The notes under the pieces: generated by a model
Seen by the model: the letters and a program-made list of their open reading frames with translations, nothing else
Databases searched by the model: none
What the model was told of the DNA's origin: nothing
Shown here: positions 29,962 to 39,699 of the stretch, piece by piece
How the letters are laid out: each line of letters begins with the position of its first letter
How positions within the stretch are numbered: the stretch's first letter is position 1
Program-made: the position numbers and the translations under genes
Origin: an uncultured cyanobacterium
GTDB taxonomy: Bacteria > Cyanobacteriota > Cyanobacteriia > CAKZMO01
Direction of reading: 5' to 3'
Assembly (NCBI GenBank): GCA_963719515.1
Contig: CAVRCJ010000011.1
Coordinates: forward strand, 192,001 to 256,000
DNA length: 64,000 nucleotides

Positions 29962-30879
29962 CTACGGGCTGACACCGTCGATATCTAAAACATCTAGGGA
30001 TGTCACGGACTGGGACCGCGTCTCGATTAGCTCCTCCATGTTCTGAACGATGGTTTGACAGATGGCGTTCAGCGGCAGGTCGTTTGGATCGTGGCCAAAG
30101 GGGTTTTCGATCTCCACGCCGATCTCCTCAATCCCGAATACGGTGAAGCTGACGATTCCCGTCACGACGCCAGTCCACACGCCCCAGGTGTCCACCACTA
30201 AAAACGGCAGTACGCAGCAGTAGAGCAGCAGCAGCTGCCTGAGGTGAATGACGTAGGCCAGCGGAATAGGCGTTTTCAAAATTCGCTCGCTGCCCCCCAG
30301 AACATCTACCAGCTTATTCAGCAGCTCCTGCATACTGTGGAGCTGATACAGGGGCAGGCGATCGCCCTCATACTGGCGCTGGAGGTAGTCCCCAATCCAG
30401 AAGGCGACCTGCAGCGGCACGTGGGCGGTGTGGGTGAGCGTCTTCAGTTGGGACGGCGTGACTAGGGGCTGCAGCTCGTCGTAGGGCTCCTCCCGCAGGT
30501 GCAGCTTCATGGCGATCGCAAAGGCGCTCAGCAGACGCACCGTCGCGGCTTTCGCCTCTCGGTCCTGTTCATCGTGTTCTTGGACGTTGATCCAAATTTG
30601 CCGTCCCAAATTGCGCGTCGCGTTGACCAAGCTGCCCCACAGCTGCCGGCCTTCCCAAAAGCGATCGTAGGCCGTGTTGGTGCGGAAAACGAGCAGCAGG
30701 CCCAGCACTAGGTCGGGAATAATGCTGTTGAAGGGGAGCGCGACGTTGATGTCTAGGGCGTAGAGTACGGAGGCGATCGCGCCAATAGCGGTGCAGAGCA
30801 GGGTGCGCGGCCAGATAGCGGGAATGACGGATCCTCTCCATCGGAGGGCGTCTCGAAACCAATGGTGATCTACGACCAC
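29962..30879 (-). CDS. Bestrophin family (YneE-like) channel
   Basis: LLVFRTNTAYDRFWEGR, ERILKTPIP and EIENPFGHDPNDLPL motifs. Confidence 0.92.
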   Translation of the reverse strand: MVVDHHWFRDALRWRGSVIPAIWPRTLLCTAIGAIASVLYALDINVALPFNSIIPDLVLGLLLVFRTNTAYDRFWEGRQLWGSLVNATRNLGRQIWINVQEHDEQDREAKAATVRLLSAFAIAMKLHLREEPYDELQPLVTPSQLKTLTHTAHVPLQVAFWIGDYLQRQYEGDRLPLYQLHSMQELLNKLVDVLGGSERILKTPIPLAYVIHLRQLLLLYCCVLPFLVVDTWGVWTGVVTGIVSFTVFGIEEIGVEIENPFGHDPNDLPLNAICQTIVQNMEELIETRSQSVTSLDVLDIDGVSP

Positions 30880-31133
30880 TGAATCACTGACTTAAACTGC
30901 ATTGGAAGTGAGTGATAGTTGCCTCTGCCATTATGGCGTCAAGCAGCGGTTTTGGCGGGCCTTGTGCTGCGCGGGATGGGGCGCTGAGGGTAGAGAAAGC
31001 GGCGGCGATCGCTGAGCCGCGCCCTATAGCAGAGTCTTTGTCCCCTTAGGTAGATGAACCGCTCGTCCCGGCTGAGGCAGGCTTGACGAATGCAGTGCTC
31101 AGCTGCGAAGACGGCCACGAAAGGATTTAACTC

Positions 31134-32315
31134 ATGAAAGCACTCTGTTGGCACGGCAAAGAAGACGTCAGGGTAGACAACGTTCCTGACCCCAAGATTC
31201 AAGAAGATAGCGACGCCATCATTCGCATCACCGCCACCGCCATTTGCGGCTCTGACCTGCACCTTTACGGCGGCAAGGTGGCGACGATGAAAGAAGGGGA
31301 CATCTTGGGCCATGAGTTTATGGGCGAGGTGGTGGAAACCGGTTCGGCTGTCTCGCGGCTGAAGAAGGGCGATCGCGTTGTGGTTCCTTTCACTATTTCC
31401 TGCGGCCACTGCTTTTTCTGCGAGCGAGACCTCTATTCCCTATGCGATATCTCTAACCCCAATGAGGAGATGGCCCGTAAGCAGATGGGCCATGCGGCGG
31501 CGGGCATCTTTGGCTATGGCCACATCACCGGCGGGTTTGACGGGGGACAGGCTGAGTATGCGCGGGTGCCCTACGCGGATGTGGGGCCGATCAAAGTTCC
31601 GGATCATCTGCCGGACGAGAAGGTTTTGTTTTTGTCTGACATTTTCCCGACGGGCTACATGGGGGCGGAGAACGCCAACATTGAGCCGGGGGACACGGTG
31701 GCTATATGGGGCTGCGGCCCTGTGGGGCTGTTCGCCATTCGCAGCGCCTGGATGCTGGGGGCGGGGCGAGTGATTGCCATTGACCACGTGCCGGAGCGGC
31801 TGCGGCTGGCGGAGAGCTACGGCAAGGCGGAAACCATCGACAGCTTTGACCCCGATGAGGTGTACGAGAAGCTGATGGAGATGACCAACGGCATGGGGCC
31901 TGGAAGCTGCATTGACGCAGTGGGGATGGAAGCCCACGGCAGCGGCCCGATGATGGAGATGCTGGACGGGGTGAAGGACGCCATGAAGCTGGACAAGCAG
32001 CTTCAGCATCCCTATGTGCTGCAGCAGATGGTCAAGTGCTGCCGTAAGGGCGGGACGCTCTCGGTTCCGGGGGTGTATACGGGCTTTTTGAATATGTTTC
32101 CCATGGGGCCTGCGATGAATAAGGGGCTGACCTGGAGGATGGGTCAAACCCACATGCAGAAGTATCTGCAGCCGCTGTTGGAGCGGGTGGAGAAGGGGGA
32201 TATTGACCTGGCGGCCATCATTACTCACCGGCTGAGCCTAGACGAGGCTCCGAAGGGTTACGACATCTTCCAGCAGAAGAAGGATGACTGCATTAAGGTG
32301 GTGCTGACGCCGTAG
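31134..32315 (+). CDS. Zn-dependent alcohol/formaldehyde dehydrogenase-like protein
   Basis: [19 protein letters not shown] and GCGPVG motifs. Confidence 0.9.
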   Translation: MKALCWHGKEDVRVDNVPDPKIQEDSDAIIRITATAICGSDLHLYGGKVATMKEGDILGHEFMGEVVETGSAVSRLKKGDRVVVPFTISCGHCFFCERDLYSLCDISNPNEEMARKQMGHAAAGIFGYGHITGGFDGGQAEYARVPYADVGPIKVPDHLPDEKVLFLSDIFPTGYMGAENANIEPGDTVAIWGCGPVGLFAIRSAWMLGAGRVIAIDHVPERLRLAESYGKAETIDSFDPDEVYEKLMEMTNGMGPGSCIDAVGMEAHGSGPMMEMLDGVKDAMKLDKQLQHPYVLQQMVKCCRKGGTLSVPGVYTGFLNMFPMGPAMNKGLTWRMGQTHMQKYLQPLLERVEKGDIDLAAIITHRLSLDEAPKGYDIFQQKKDDCIKVVLTP

Positions 32316-32321
32316 CGGGGG

Positions 32322-32365
32322 CCTTGAAGCTTGTGGTGTAGGTTGTCCCAACACAAGCTTCAAGG
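32322..32365. terminator. 14-bp perfect inverted repeat between convergent genes
   Basis: CCTTGAAGCTTGTG ... CACAAGCTTCAAGG. Confidence 0.55.
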
Positions 32366-32445
32366 GGCAGGAGCGCTTTTGTGGGTTGCGCGGCTGGCCG
32401 CCCCGCCGTTGGCGTCCCCCTTGGTCAGGGGAACGCTCGCCGTGG

Positions 32446-32727
32446 CTAGTGCGGGAGATCGAGGGAGCGCTGCCGCACTAGGTAGCTCAGCACCTGCCCT
32501 TCTTTTTGGGTAATCGTGACGCCGCCTTTGCCGATCGCAATCAGCTGGGTCCAGAGGCTCTGGTCAACGTAGCGTCTGTTGTGCAGCAGATGTATTGCCT
32601 CGCGGACGCCCTCAGGGGAGCCGATGAGAACGTGGCGAATGATTTCGCCGTTGGGTCCGGGCTCGGGGGTGGTCAGCACGGTGGGTGCGGCCTCGGTGGG
32701 AGGCAGCTCGGGGTATAGAAATGTCAT
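32446..32727 (-). CDS. Small protein of a dispersed cyanobacterial family (copy B)
   Basis: IRHVLIGSPEGVREAIHLLHNRRYV....WT...VLSYLVRQR aligns with copy A. Confidence 0.75.
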   Translation of the reverse strand: MTFLYPELPPTEAAPTVLTTPEPGPNGEIIRHVLIGSPEGVREAIHLLHNRRYVDQSLWTQLIAIGKGGVTITQKEGQVLSYLVRQRSLDLPH

Positions 32728-32825
32728 GGGTTTTCTTCTCGTTTAGGTTAGAAAACCCCACAAATTTGGCCATCCCGGACTATGGCGTGTCTAGGATGGC
32801 CTTCTACCACGGTTTAAGATGGCAA

Positions 32826-32915
32826 AAGTCCAAGACAGGGCTTGTCTGTCGCGGGCTAGGGCGCGATCGTCGCTGGAATCGGCGATCGCGTCCGTTGTTG
32901 ACCAAATTTTTGGGG
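32826..32915 (+). ncRNA. Predicted cis-antisense sRNA upstream of copy B
   Basis: Follows a TAAGAT -10 box (32815-32820). Two hairpins with + strand G:U pairs, same layout as at copy A. Prediction only. Confidence 0.45.
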
Positions 32916-33229
32916 ATCAGAGCTAGAAATTAAACAGCTCTAGGAAGAGACAATAGCGTATTCGGGGCTGGGTCGCAAGAGTAGTACAAAAAAATTTATG
33001 CCGCTTGACCCCTTACGCACTTAAAGGGCGCTGCTGATTGATGGGCTGTTTCCCCCTTCGCTGTGCTTGATTGGCTACTCTTTGGCTGCGGGAGGGGGTG
33101 AACGTATAACAGGGGCGATCGCTCGAAGATAGACAAAGGTCGATTGCTTATCATCGGAAAATTGCGTTTGGCGTATAATTTTGACTGGTGAACCAGGATA
33201 TTCACCGATACATCCTTGAAAATTTCCCT

Positions 33230-34468
33230 ATGACAAGCTTCTTCATCAGCTACACCAAAGCTGACCGCGTCTGGGCCGAGTGGATTGGTGGGATGCTGGA
33301 AAGAGAGGGGCATAGCGTCATTATCGACGTGTGGGACTTTCGGCCTGGGAGTAACTTTGCGCTGGAGATGCAACAGGCAGCAACAAGGGCCGACAAGACC
33401 TTGCTGGTACTCTCAGAAGATTACCTCGAAGCGGTGTATACGCAACCTGAGTGGGCCGCTGCGTTTGCCAAAGACCCTTTGGGCTTGAAACGCAAGATGC
33501 TTCCGGTTCGGGTGGGGGAGTGCGATCCTGAAGGGCTGCTGGGGCCAATTGTCTATGTGGATTTGATTGGTCTAGATGAGGCGGCGGCTCGCCAAGCTAT
33601 CTTGAACGCTCTACTGGAGCGGGGTAAACCGGCGACAGCGCCTCGATTTCCTATAGCGAGTCATGCCCAAGCGACGGAAGTTCCAGCGTTCCCGGCAGCA
33701 AGCGATCGCCCTTCTCCATCGCCTTCTCGGGTACCGGTTACCATACCGCCAAACCCCTTTGTGCCCATCAACGGCAGGGTCGACCAAGCCCACCAGTTTT
33801 TTGGCCGAGAGACGGAGCTCCGCAGCGTGTTTGAGATTCTCAATGGCGGCAGCAGCGTGGCGATTATTGGGGCACGGCAGGTGGGAAAGTCGTCGTTGCT
33901 GAAGGCGATCGCCCGTGAAGCACCGAACAGGCTGCATCAGCCGCGCCGTCCGGTGTATCTGAATTTGCAGGACGTGTATGACGAGGCGGACTTTTATGAG
34001 GCGCTGTGTGAAGAGCTGAAGGTTGAGGTTTCGAAGGGGCGAAGACTATCTCAGGCGGTGAGGAAGCTGTCGCCGAAGGTGCTGCTGCTACTGGATGAGC
34101 TAGAGAAGATGACCTGGGATGGGTTCACGGGGCAGGTGCGATCGCAGCTTCGGGGTTTGGCTGAGGGTGGGGATGCGCCACTGCGTCTGGTGGTGTCAGC
34201 GTCGGTGCCGCTGGGTGAGCTGTTTCCGGATAGCCATGGGAATGTGTCGCCGCTGCGGAATATTTGTTTGGAGGAATCGCTGAGGGTGTGGGATGAGGGG
34301 ATGGTGCGATCGTTTGTTGCGGAGCGGTTGGGGGGGACGCCGGTTAGGCTTACGGAGGATGAGATTTTGCGGATTGTTGCTGATGCTGATGGGAATCCGC
34401 AGCGGGTGATGCTGGCTTGTTTTCGGCTGTATAGTGGTTGGTGCGATCGCTTGAGCGCTACCCTTTAA
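33230..34468 (+). CDS. TIR domain + STAND-like P-loop ATPase
   Basis: FFISYTKADRVWAEWI...PEWAAAF TIR domain, NPF...FFGR, Walker A GARQVGKSS and Walker B LLLLDE. ATG at 33230. Confidence 0.85.
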   Translation: MTSFFISYTKADRVWAEWIGGMLEREGHSVIIDVWDFRPGSNFALEMQQAATRADKTLLVLSEDYLEAVYTQPEWAAAFAKDPLGLKRKMLPVRVGECDPEGLLGPIVYVDLIGLDEAAARQAILNALLERGKPATAPRFPIASHAQATEVPAFPAASDRPSPSPSRVPVTIPPNPFVPINGRVDQAHQFFGRETELRSVFEILNGGSSVAIIGARQVGKSSLLKAIAREAPNRLHQPRRPVYLNLQDVYDEADFYEALCEELKVEVSKGRRLSQAVRKLSPKVLLLLDELEKMTWDGFTGQVRSQLRGLAEGGDAPLRLVVSASVPLGELFPDSHGNVSPLRNICLEESLRVWDEGMVRSFVAERLGGTPVRLTEDEILRIVADADGNPQRVMLACFRLYSGWCDRLSATL

Positions 34469-34469
34469 C

Positions 34470-34554
34470 CTCGTAGGTTGGGTTGGAGCGCCAGCGTAAC
34501 CCAACAAATGCTAAATGTTTGCGCTGGGTTTTCTGCATTAACCCAACCTACGAG
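34470..34554. repeat. GTAG-type REP/REPIN-like inverted repeat
   Basis: CTCGTAGGTTGGGTT ... AACCCAACCTACGAG termini with internal palindromes. Confidence 0.8.
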
Positions 34555-34583
34555 CTAATCAACTTGTCTCAATTTAGCTGTAG

Positions 34584-37500
34584 ATGCCTAACTCTTCGGT
34601 ACCTCGTCTTGATCTAGCGCCAAAGCTCAATCGCCCTTTGTCGATTTGGAATCCGCTGGATTATCTAAAGATATTGTATTGGGTATTTTACTTCCCTCAA
34701 GCGTTAGGATGGTATGTCAACACCTTCGGAGGAGGTTATATTCTAGACGGCGAAATGAGTGTCGAAGAGAGATGGAAGATTCTAAAAGCTAACGATGTAC
34801 AACGGAATCTACTATTTCAAGGAGTTCTTATTATTCCTGTCACTACATTTGTATCCTGCTGGCTATTACAACAATCGGGACTCACTATCACTTGGGGTGG
34901 TGTTGCAGTTGGTGTAATTGTAGGCATGGCAGTCTACGTAGCGGTCTACATAACAGGACTTACGGCATTTGGTGTGGTGTTTGGCGTGGCATTTGGTGTG
35001 GTGTTTGGCGTGGCATCTGGCGTGGCATTTAGTGTAGTAGAATTCGTATCAGAGTTCGTATTTGAGCTCATATCAGAGCTTATGTCATCCGAATTCCTGT
35101 CAGAAACCATTCCAGAATTTATGTCAGAGCTCAGGTCATCAGAATTCTTATCAGTACTCATTCCAGAGCCTAAGCCAGAATTCGCGCCAGAACCTGTGCC
35201 AAAATTCGCGTCGGAACCTATGCCAGAATTCATATCGGAATTTATGTCAGAATTCACATCAGGATTCTTAGCGTTTTTTGTGGCAGGTAGCGTAGCATTT
35301 TTTGTGGCAGGTAGCGTGGCAGTAGGTATGGTAGGTGGTGTGCCATACGATGTGGCAACCAGCGTGGCATTTAGTGTAATAGGTGGTGTGATAGGCGGTA
35401 CGCTATTTGGTATAGCATTCGGCATGATATTTGGTGTAGCAGTTGGTGTAGCGGTCGGCGTAGCAGTTGGCGTGATATGCTGCCGATTAGAGAACTACCT
35501 TATTGGATATTTAGCTAATTCCTATCAGTTGCGGAATGGTAGCTGGTTGTTTCCACGTGTAACTATCTTACCGCTTTCATCCTTGGACAGGCGTGTTCAG
35601 CAATGGTTTGGTCAAGACTGGGAATTGACAGTATTTAACATCAATGAGCTGCTTCGCTATAGCTGTCAATTTGCTGCCGTAATTAACGCAGCTAATCGCG
35701 CTTTAAAAGCGCTACCTGACAATCAATTAATTTATCGGCTTGCGCAAATTACCACTGATCTATACGACTGGGATTTCGCTTACTATCTTTCGATCTCAAC
35801 TTCGAAAGGACTAAGAAGCGAATTTTTAAGAGGTTTGGTGCTCCAAGGTGGTGCTTACGACCTATCTGCCAATCCTAGGCCAGACACTTTAGCTCATGCC
35901 ACTGTCGCAGGATTCTGGTATCTCCACCGAAAAGAACCTACTAAAGCCGCTAAAGCTTTTGATGTAGTCCGCTCCGTTCTCTATGGAGAAGAGATGTATC
36001 AGCTTGCCTCGAGCTTGTCCTGTTGCCAACAAGCCCGAAACCCCGACACCATTAAAATCACCTACCTCCCTGCCTTCGAAGCAAAAGTCTTTCTTCGCCC
36101 CACCACCTGGCAAGCTATCCGTGCCTTTGACCGCGTCATTCAAGACACTAAACTCGTCTCCTACAGCGTCGGTAAAGCCACCCGCTCACTCGCCCTCAAC
36201 CGTGCCATCGGCGAACTCACTCAAATTATCAAAAATAAGTCTCAACTTCCTGATGCCGAACGTGGTCTCGTGGTTAACGTAGCTCGAACCTGGAAAGCCG
36301 CTCTCGAAACACTCGCCCTCGAAATTGGTCAAGCCAAAATTACCCAGCCTATTCGCAATCCCTACACCATAGGTGATCCCGTTCTCGGCAATCGCTTTGT
36401 TGGTCGGAACGACATCATACGCCAGCTCGAAGAGCTGTGGATCACAAACGAAACCCTCCAGTCCATCGTCCTATACGGCCACCGTCGCATGGGCAAAACC
36501 TCCATCCTGCGCAACGCCACAAACCGGATCGGCTCGCGGTCGAAGGTGATTTACATCAATCTTCAGCGTTTGGGCAATGTGGAGAACGGCGTCGGCGAGG
36601 TGCTGCTGGCCCTTAGTGACGAAATTAGCGACGTAACGGGCGTTGCCCCGCCAAAGGACGAGGAGTTTCTGCGGCTTCCGCAGCGGACTTTTGAGCGGTA
36701 TCTAAAGGCAGTGCTTCGAGCTTTAGAAGGCTCACTAACTTCCAGCACGGATGAAACATTTCGTAGGCAGGTCGAACCTCCTGGAGGCCCCCTAACCCCC
36801 AATACTGGGGGAACCGGAGGAAGTCCAGAACCTTCGTTACCACAAACCTCTGATAATTCTGATCTCGAATCCCGCTCCCCCAATCTCGGGGGCTGGGGGG
36901 GGCTCTTCCGAATCCCGCTCCCCCAAACTTGGGGGCCGGGGGGCCTCTTCGAGTAGCGAAACTTCAGAAACGTCACAAGACATAGGCCCTGTCAGCAACT
37001 TTGAATCTGAAGGACTACAAACTCAGCCCTCCCCTTCGCGGAGCGTGGCCGAAGGTCGTGAATTGGGGGGCAGGGGGGCCTCTTCATCCACCGGCCTCAT
37101 CATCGCCCTAGACGAATTCGAAACCCTCGAAACCCTAATCTCACAAGGCCAGCTCTCCCAAAGCTTCCTCGGCTACCTGCGCGGCCTCCTACAAATGAAC
37201 CCCCGCCTCGCCTTCGCCTTCGCCGGCCTCCACACCCTCGAAGAAATGACCGCCGACTACTTCCAGCCCTTCTTCGCCAGCGTCATCCCCATCCGCGTCG
37301 GCTTCCTCAACCGCGCAGCTACACTCCAGCTGCTCACCACCCCCAGCGAAGACTTCCCCCTCGACTACCAGCCCGAAGCCCTCAACAAGATCTACGCCCT
37401 TACCCACGGCCAGCCCTACCTCTGCCAGCTCATCGGCTTCCAGCTCGTCCGCCGCTACAACGACTACGTCTTCGAGCAGGGCCGCCAGCGCGACAACCTG

Positions 37501-37821
37501 CTCACCATCGCCGACATCGACGCCGTGATCACCGAGAAATTCTTTCAAACCGGGCGCTACTACTTCGACGGCGTCTGGCGACAGGCAGGCCAAGGCGCAC
37601 CCGGTCAACAGTCCACCATGCAGGCGATCGCCGCCTCCCCCCAAGGCCTAACCACCGCCGAACTGCGGGACCAGCTCCCCCTAGACGAGCCAACCCTAAG
37701 AGAAGCGATCGCCACCCTACAAAAGCACGACGTAGTCGAGCCCGTAGGCGATCGCTGGCAAATCACCGTAGCGCTGCTCAAAACCTGGCTCACCAACCAT
37801 GCCCCCAACCCACAGGGATAA
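34584..37821 (+). pseudogene. Membrane-anchored STAND-like ATPase split by a +1 frameshift at a G8 tract (34584..36956 + 37045..37821)
   Basis: GVAF-repeat TM region, NPY..GDP..FVGR and Walker A GHRRMGKTS in the first part; Walker B LIIALDEFE, GQPY and a probable wHTH in the second. Deleting one G from 36895-36902 gives one continuous frame. Confidence 0.8.
36788..37085. repeat. Cluster of short C-run/G-run palindromic dispersed repeats inside the ATPase gene
   Basis: CCCCCTAACCCCCAATACTGGGGGA, two tandem GAATCCCGCTCCCCCAA..GGGGGC.GGGGGG..CTCTTC units (36867, 36910), and a partial third unit near 37063. Confidence 0.75.
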
Positions 37822-37859
37822 CCCATAGGCCGTAAGGGCGAGAGGCCTGCCGCCCATTC

Positions 37860-38399
37860 TCACCGTCGCCCCGTCATCCCCACCACATCCCCCACCGTCA
37901 ACCCCGGCATATCCCCCAAGCTCGGCAGCATCTCCGCACCCGACAGAATCATCGGCAAATCATCCCCCTGCCAAACCCAAACCTGCTGCCGCGCCAAATC
38001 AATTAGCCACGCCAGCTGCGTCTGCGCACCCAGACAGTGCAGAATCTTGCTCTGCAAATTCAGCGTACTTTGGTCCGGTGAGCGAATCTCAATCAGCCAA
38101 TCCGGCGCACCCTGCAGCGGGCCATCCTCCTCCGGCAATCGCTCCGTCGACACCACCGAAATGTCTGGCACCGGAGAATAGGGCGGTACCACACAGCGTA
38201 GCTCTTGAATCGCTTCAAATCGCTGGGTATGTCGGTTGATGTGATTGACCAAATTGCGCTGCAGACGCGAGTGAAACAATGTCGGCATCGGCTTTTGAAC
38301 GGTACACCCCTCAATCAGTTCCCACGCTGGCGACTCCTCAATATCAGGCCTAGCCAGAAATTGAGATAGAGAAATTGCTGTTGAAAAGCCAGTGCTCAT
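37860..38399 (-). CDS. Uma2 family (PD-(D/E)xK) endonuclease
   Basis: ELIEG...KPMP...HSRLQ, VPDISV and APDWLIEIRSP motifs. Confidence 0.9.
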   Translation of the reverse strand: MSTGFSTAISLSQFLARPDIEESPAWELIEGCTVQKPMPTLFHSRLQRNLVNHINRHTQRFEAIQELRCVVPPYSPVPDISVVSTERLPEEDGPLQGAPDWLIEIRSPDQSTLNLQSKILHCLGAQTQLAWLIDLARQQVWVWQGDDLPMILSGAEMLPSLGDMPGLTVGDVVGMTGRR

Positions 38400-38507
38400 A
38401 CCGTGCGATCGCCCCTCTAAGCTAAATCTCCCACGTCCCTCCCGCTATCATAGCCAGGGCCTCGCCACATCTAGCTAAACCTGGCCGTCTAGTACATTGA
38501 GTATATA

Positions 38508-38732
38508 GCGATCGCCGCCGCCCCCCAAGGCCTAACCACCGCCGAACTGCTGGATCAGCTTCCCCTAGACGAGCCAACCCTAAGAGAAGCGATCGCCACC
38601 CTACAAAAGCATGACGTAGTCGAACCCGTAGGCGATCACTGGCAAATCACCGTAGCACTGCTCAAAACCTGGCTCACCAACCACGCCCCCACCCCACAGG
38701 GGTAACCCATAGGCCGTAAGGGCGAGAGGCCT
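38508..38732 (+). repeat. 225-bp diverged direct repeat of 37624..37848 (orphan 3' end of the ATPase gene)
   Basis: Ungapped alignment by eye with 11 substitutions. Starts at a HIP1 site. Confidence 0.95.
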
Positions 38733-38772
38733 CTCGCCCCATAGACCGTACGGGCGAGAGGCCTCTCGCCCC
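38716..38772. repeat. Tandem REP-like palindromes GGGCGAGAGGCCTCTCGCCC
   Basis: Two perfect copies, plus a degenerate one at about 37836-37855. Confidence 0.75.
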
Positions 38773-38795
38773 AGAGGGCCGCCCCCTCATCGCTA

Positions 38796-39602
38796 TTACA
38801 GCACCGACTGCACCAGCGGCTGAAACACCGCCACCAGCTCTTCGCCGCTAACCACCAGCGTCGGAAACGCCTGCACGCTGTAGTTCTTCCCCGAAGTCAA
38901 AGGGAAAATAGGCCCCGTCAGCGGGACCCAAATGCCCCCAGCCGCTTGCACAATCACCCAGACGGCGGCAATATCCCAAATCTTAGGCGTCGCCTCCACC
39001 GCCCCCAAAGCGATCCCCGACGCCACCAGCAGCAGATTATAGGTAGCCACCCCCAGCATCCTAATTTTGCAGGGAAACGGCTGCGTCTGGCGCAGCACCG
39101 AAAGACTGCGGGCGCAGAGGCTAAAAAACTGCGACGACGAGGGCTTACCCGCGATCGCATGGGTGGGTTGACCATCTTTAAAGGCCCCCGTCGGCATCTC
39201 CAGCCCCGTCTCCCCCGGCCAGTAGCCATAGAACGCCTGCCGAATCGGGGGCAGGGCGACGTAGCCAAACGCCGGGGTGCCTTTGTAGAGCAGCCCTAGG
39301 GAAATGCCCCACAGGGGAATGCCCCGCGTGAAGTTGGTGGTGCCGTCGATGGGGTCGATGATCCAGCACCAGTCGGCGTCGGGAAAGGTGTGAATGGTCT
39401 CTTCGCTCAGTACCCCGTGGTCAGGAAACTCCTGGGCGATCGCCCGCCGAATCTCCTCATCCGCCCACTGATCGCACCGCGTCACTAAGCTACCGTCCGC
39501 CTTTTGCGTGGCCTCAACGGTGCCAAAGTCCTTGAGGATTTGCTCCCCGACTCGAGCGCTGGTGTCTTTTGCAAAGGCGAGAACCCGATCCCAAAATTCC
39601 AT
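38796..39602 (-). CDS. Inositol monophosphatase family protein
   Basis: SEE, WIIDPIDGTTNF and WDIAA motifs. Confidence 0.92.
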   Translation of the reverse strand: MEFWDRVLAFAKDTSARVGEQILKDFGTVEATQKADGSLVTRCDQWADEEIRRAIAQEFPDHGVLSEETIHTFPDADWCWIIDPIDGTTNFTRGIPLWGISLGLLYKGTPAFGYVALPPIRQAFYGYWPGETGLEMPTGAFKDGQPTHAIAGKPSSSQFFSLCARSLSVLRQTQPFPCKIRMLGVATYNLLLVASGIALGAVEATPKIWDIAAVWVIVQAAGGIWVPLTGPIFPLTSGKNYSVQAFPTLVVSGEELVAVFQPLVQSVL

Positions 39603-39699
39603 GAATACCGTTTCAAACTAGTCGGCTTGCGCAGGGGGTTCCTGCTAGCCGGTTAACCCCAAAAAATCTATCACGCACCCTGTGGCGCTAACCCCTTCG

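Noticed and set aside
36735..37092. Intein, intron or IS in the ATPase gene
   Set aside because: No Cys/Ser...His-Asn intein ends, no transposase or terminal repeats, and no recognisable intron core. The insert is made of short repeats.
37624..38732. Diversity-generating retroelement TR/VR pair
   Set aside because: The 11 mismatches are not adenine-specific in either copy, most are synonymous, and there is no reverse transcriptase in the window.
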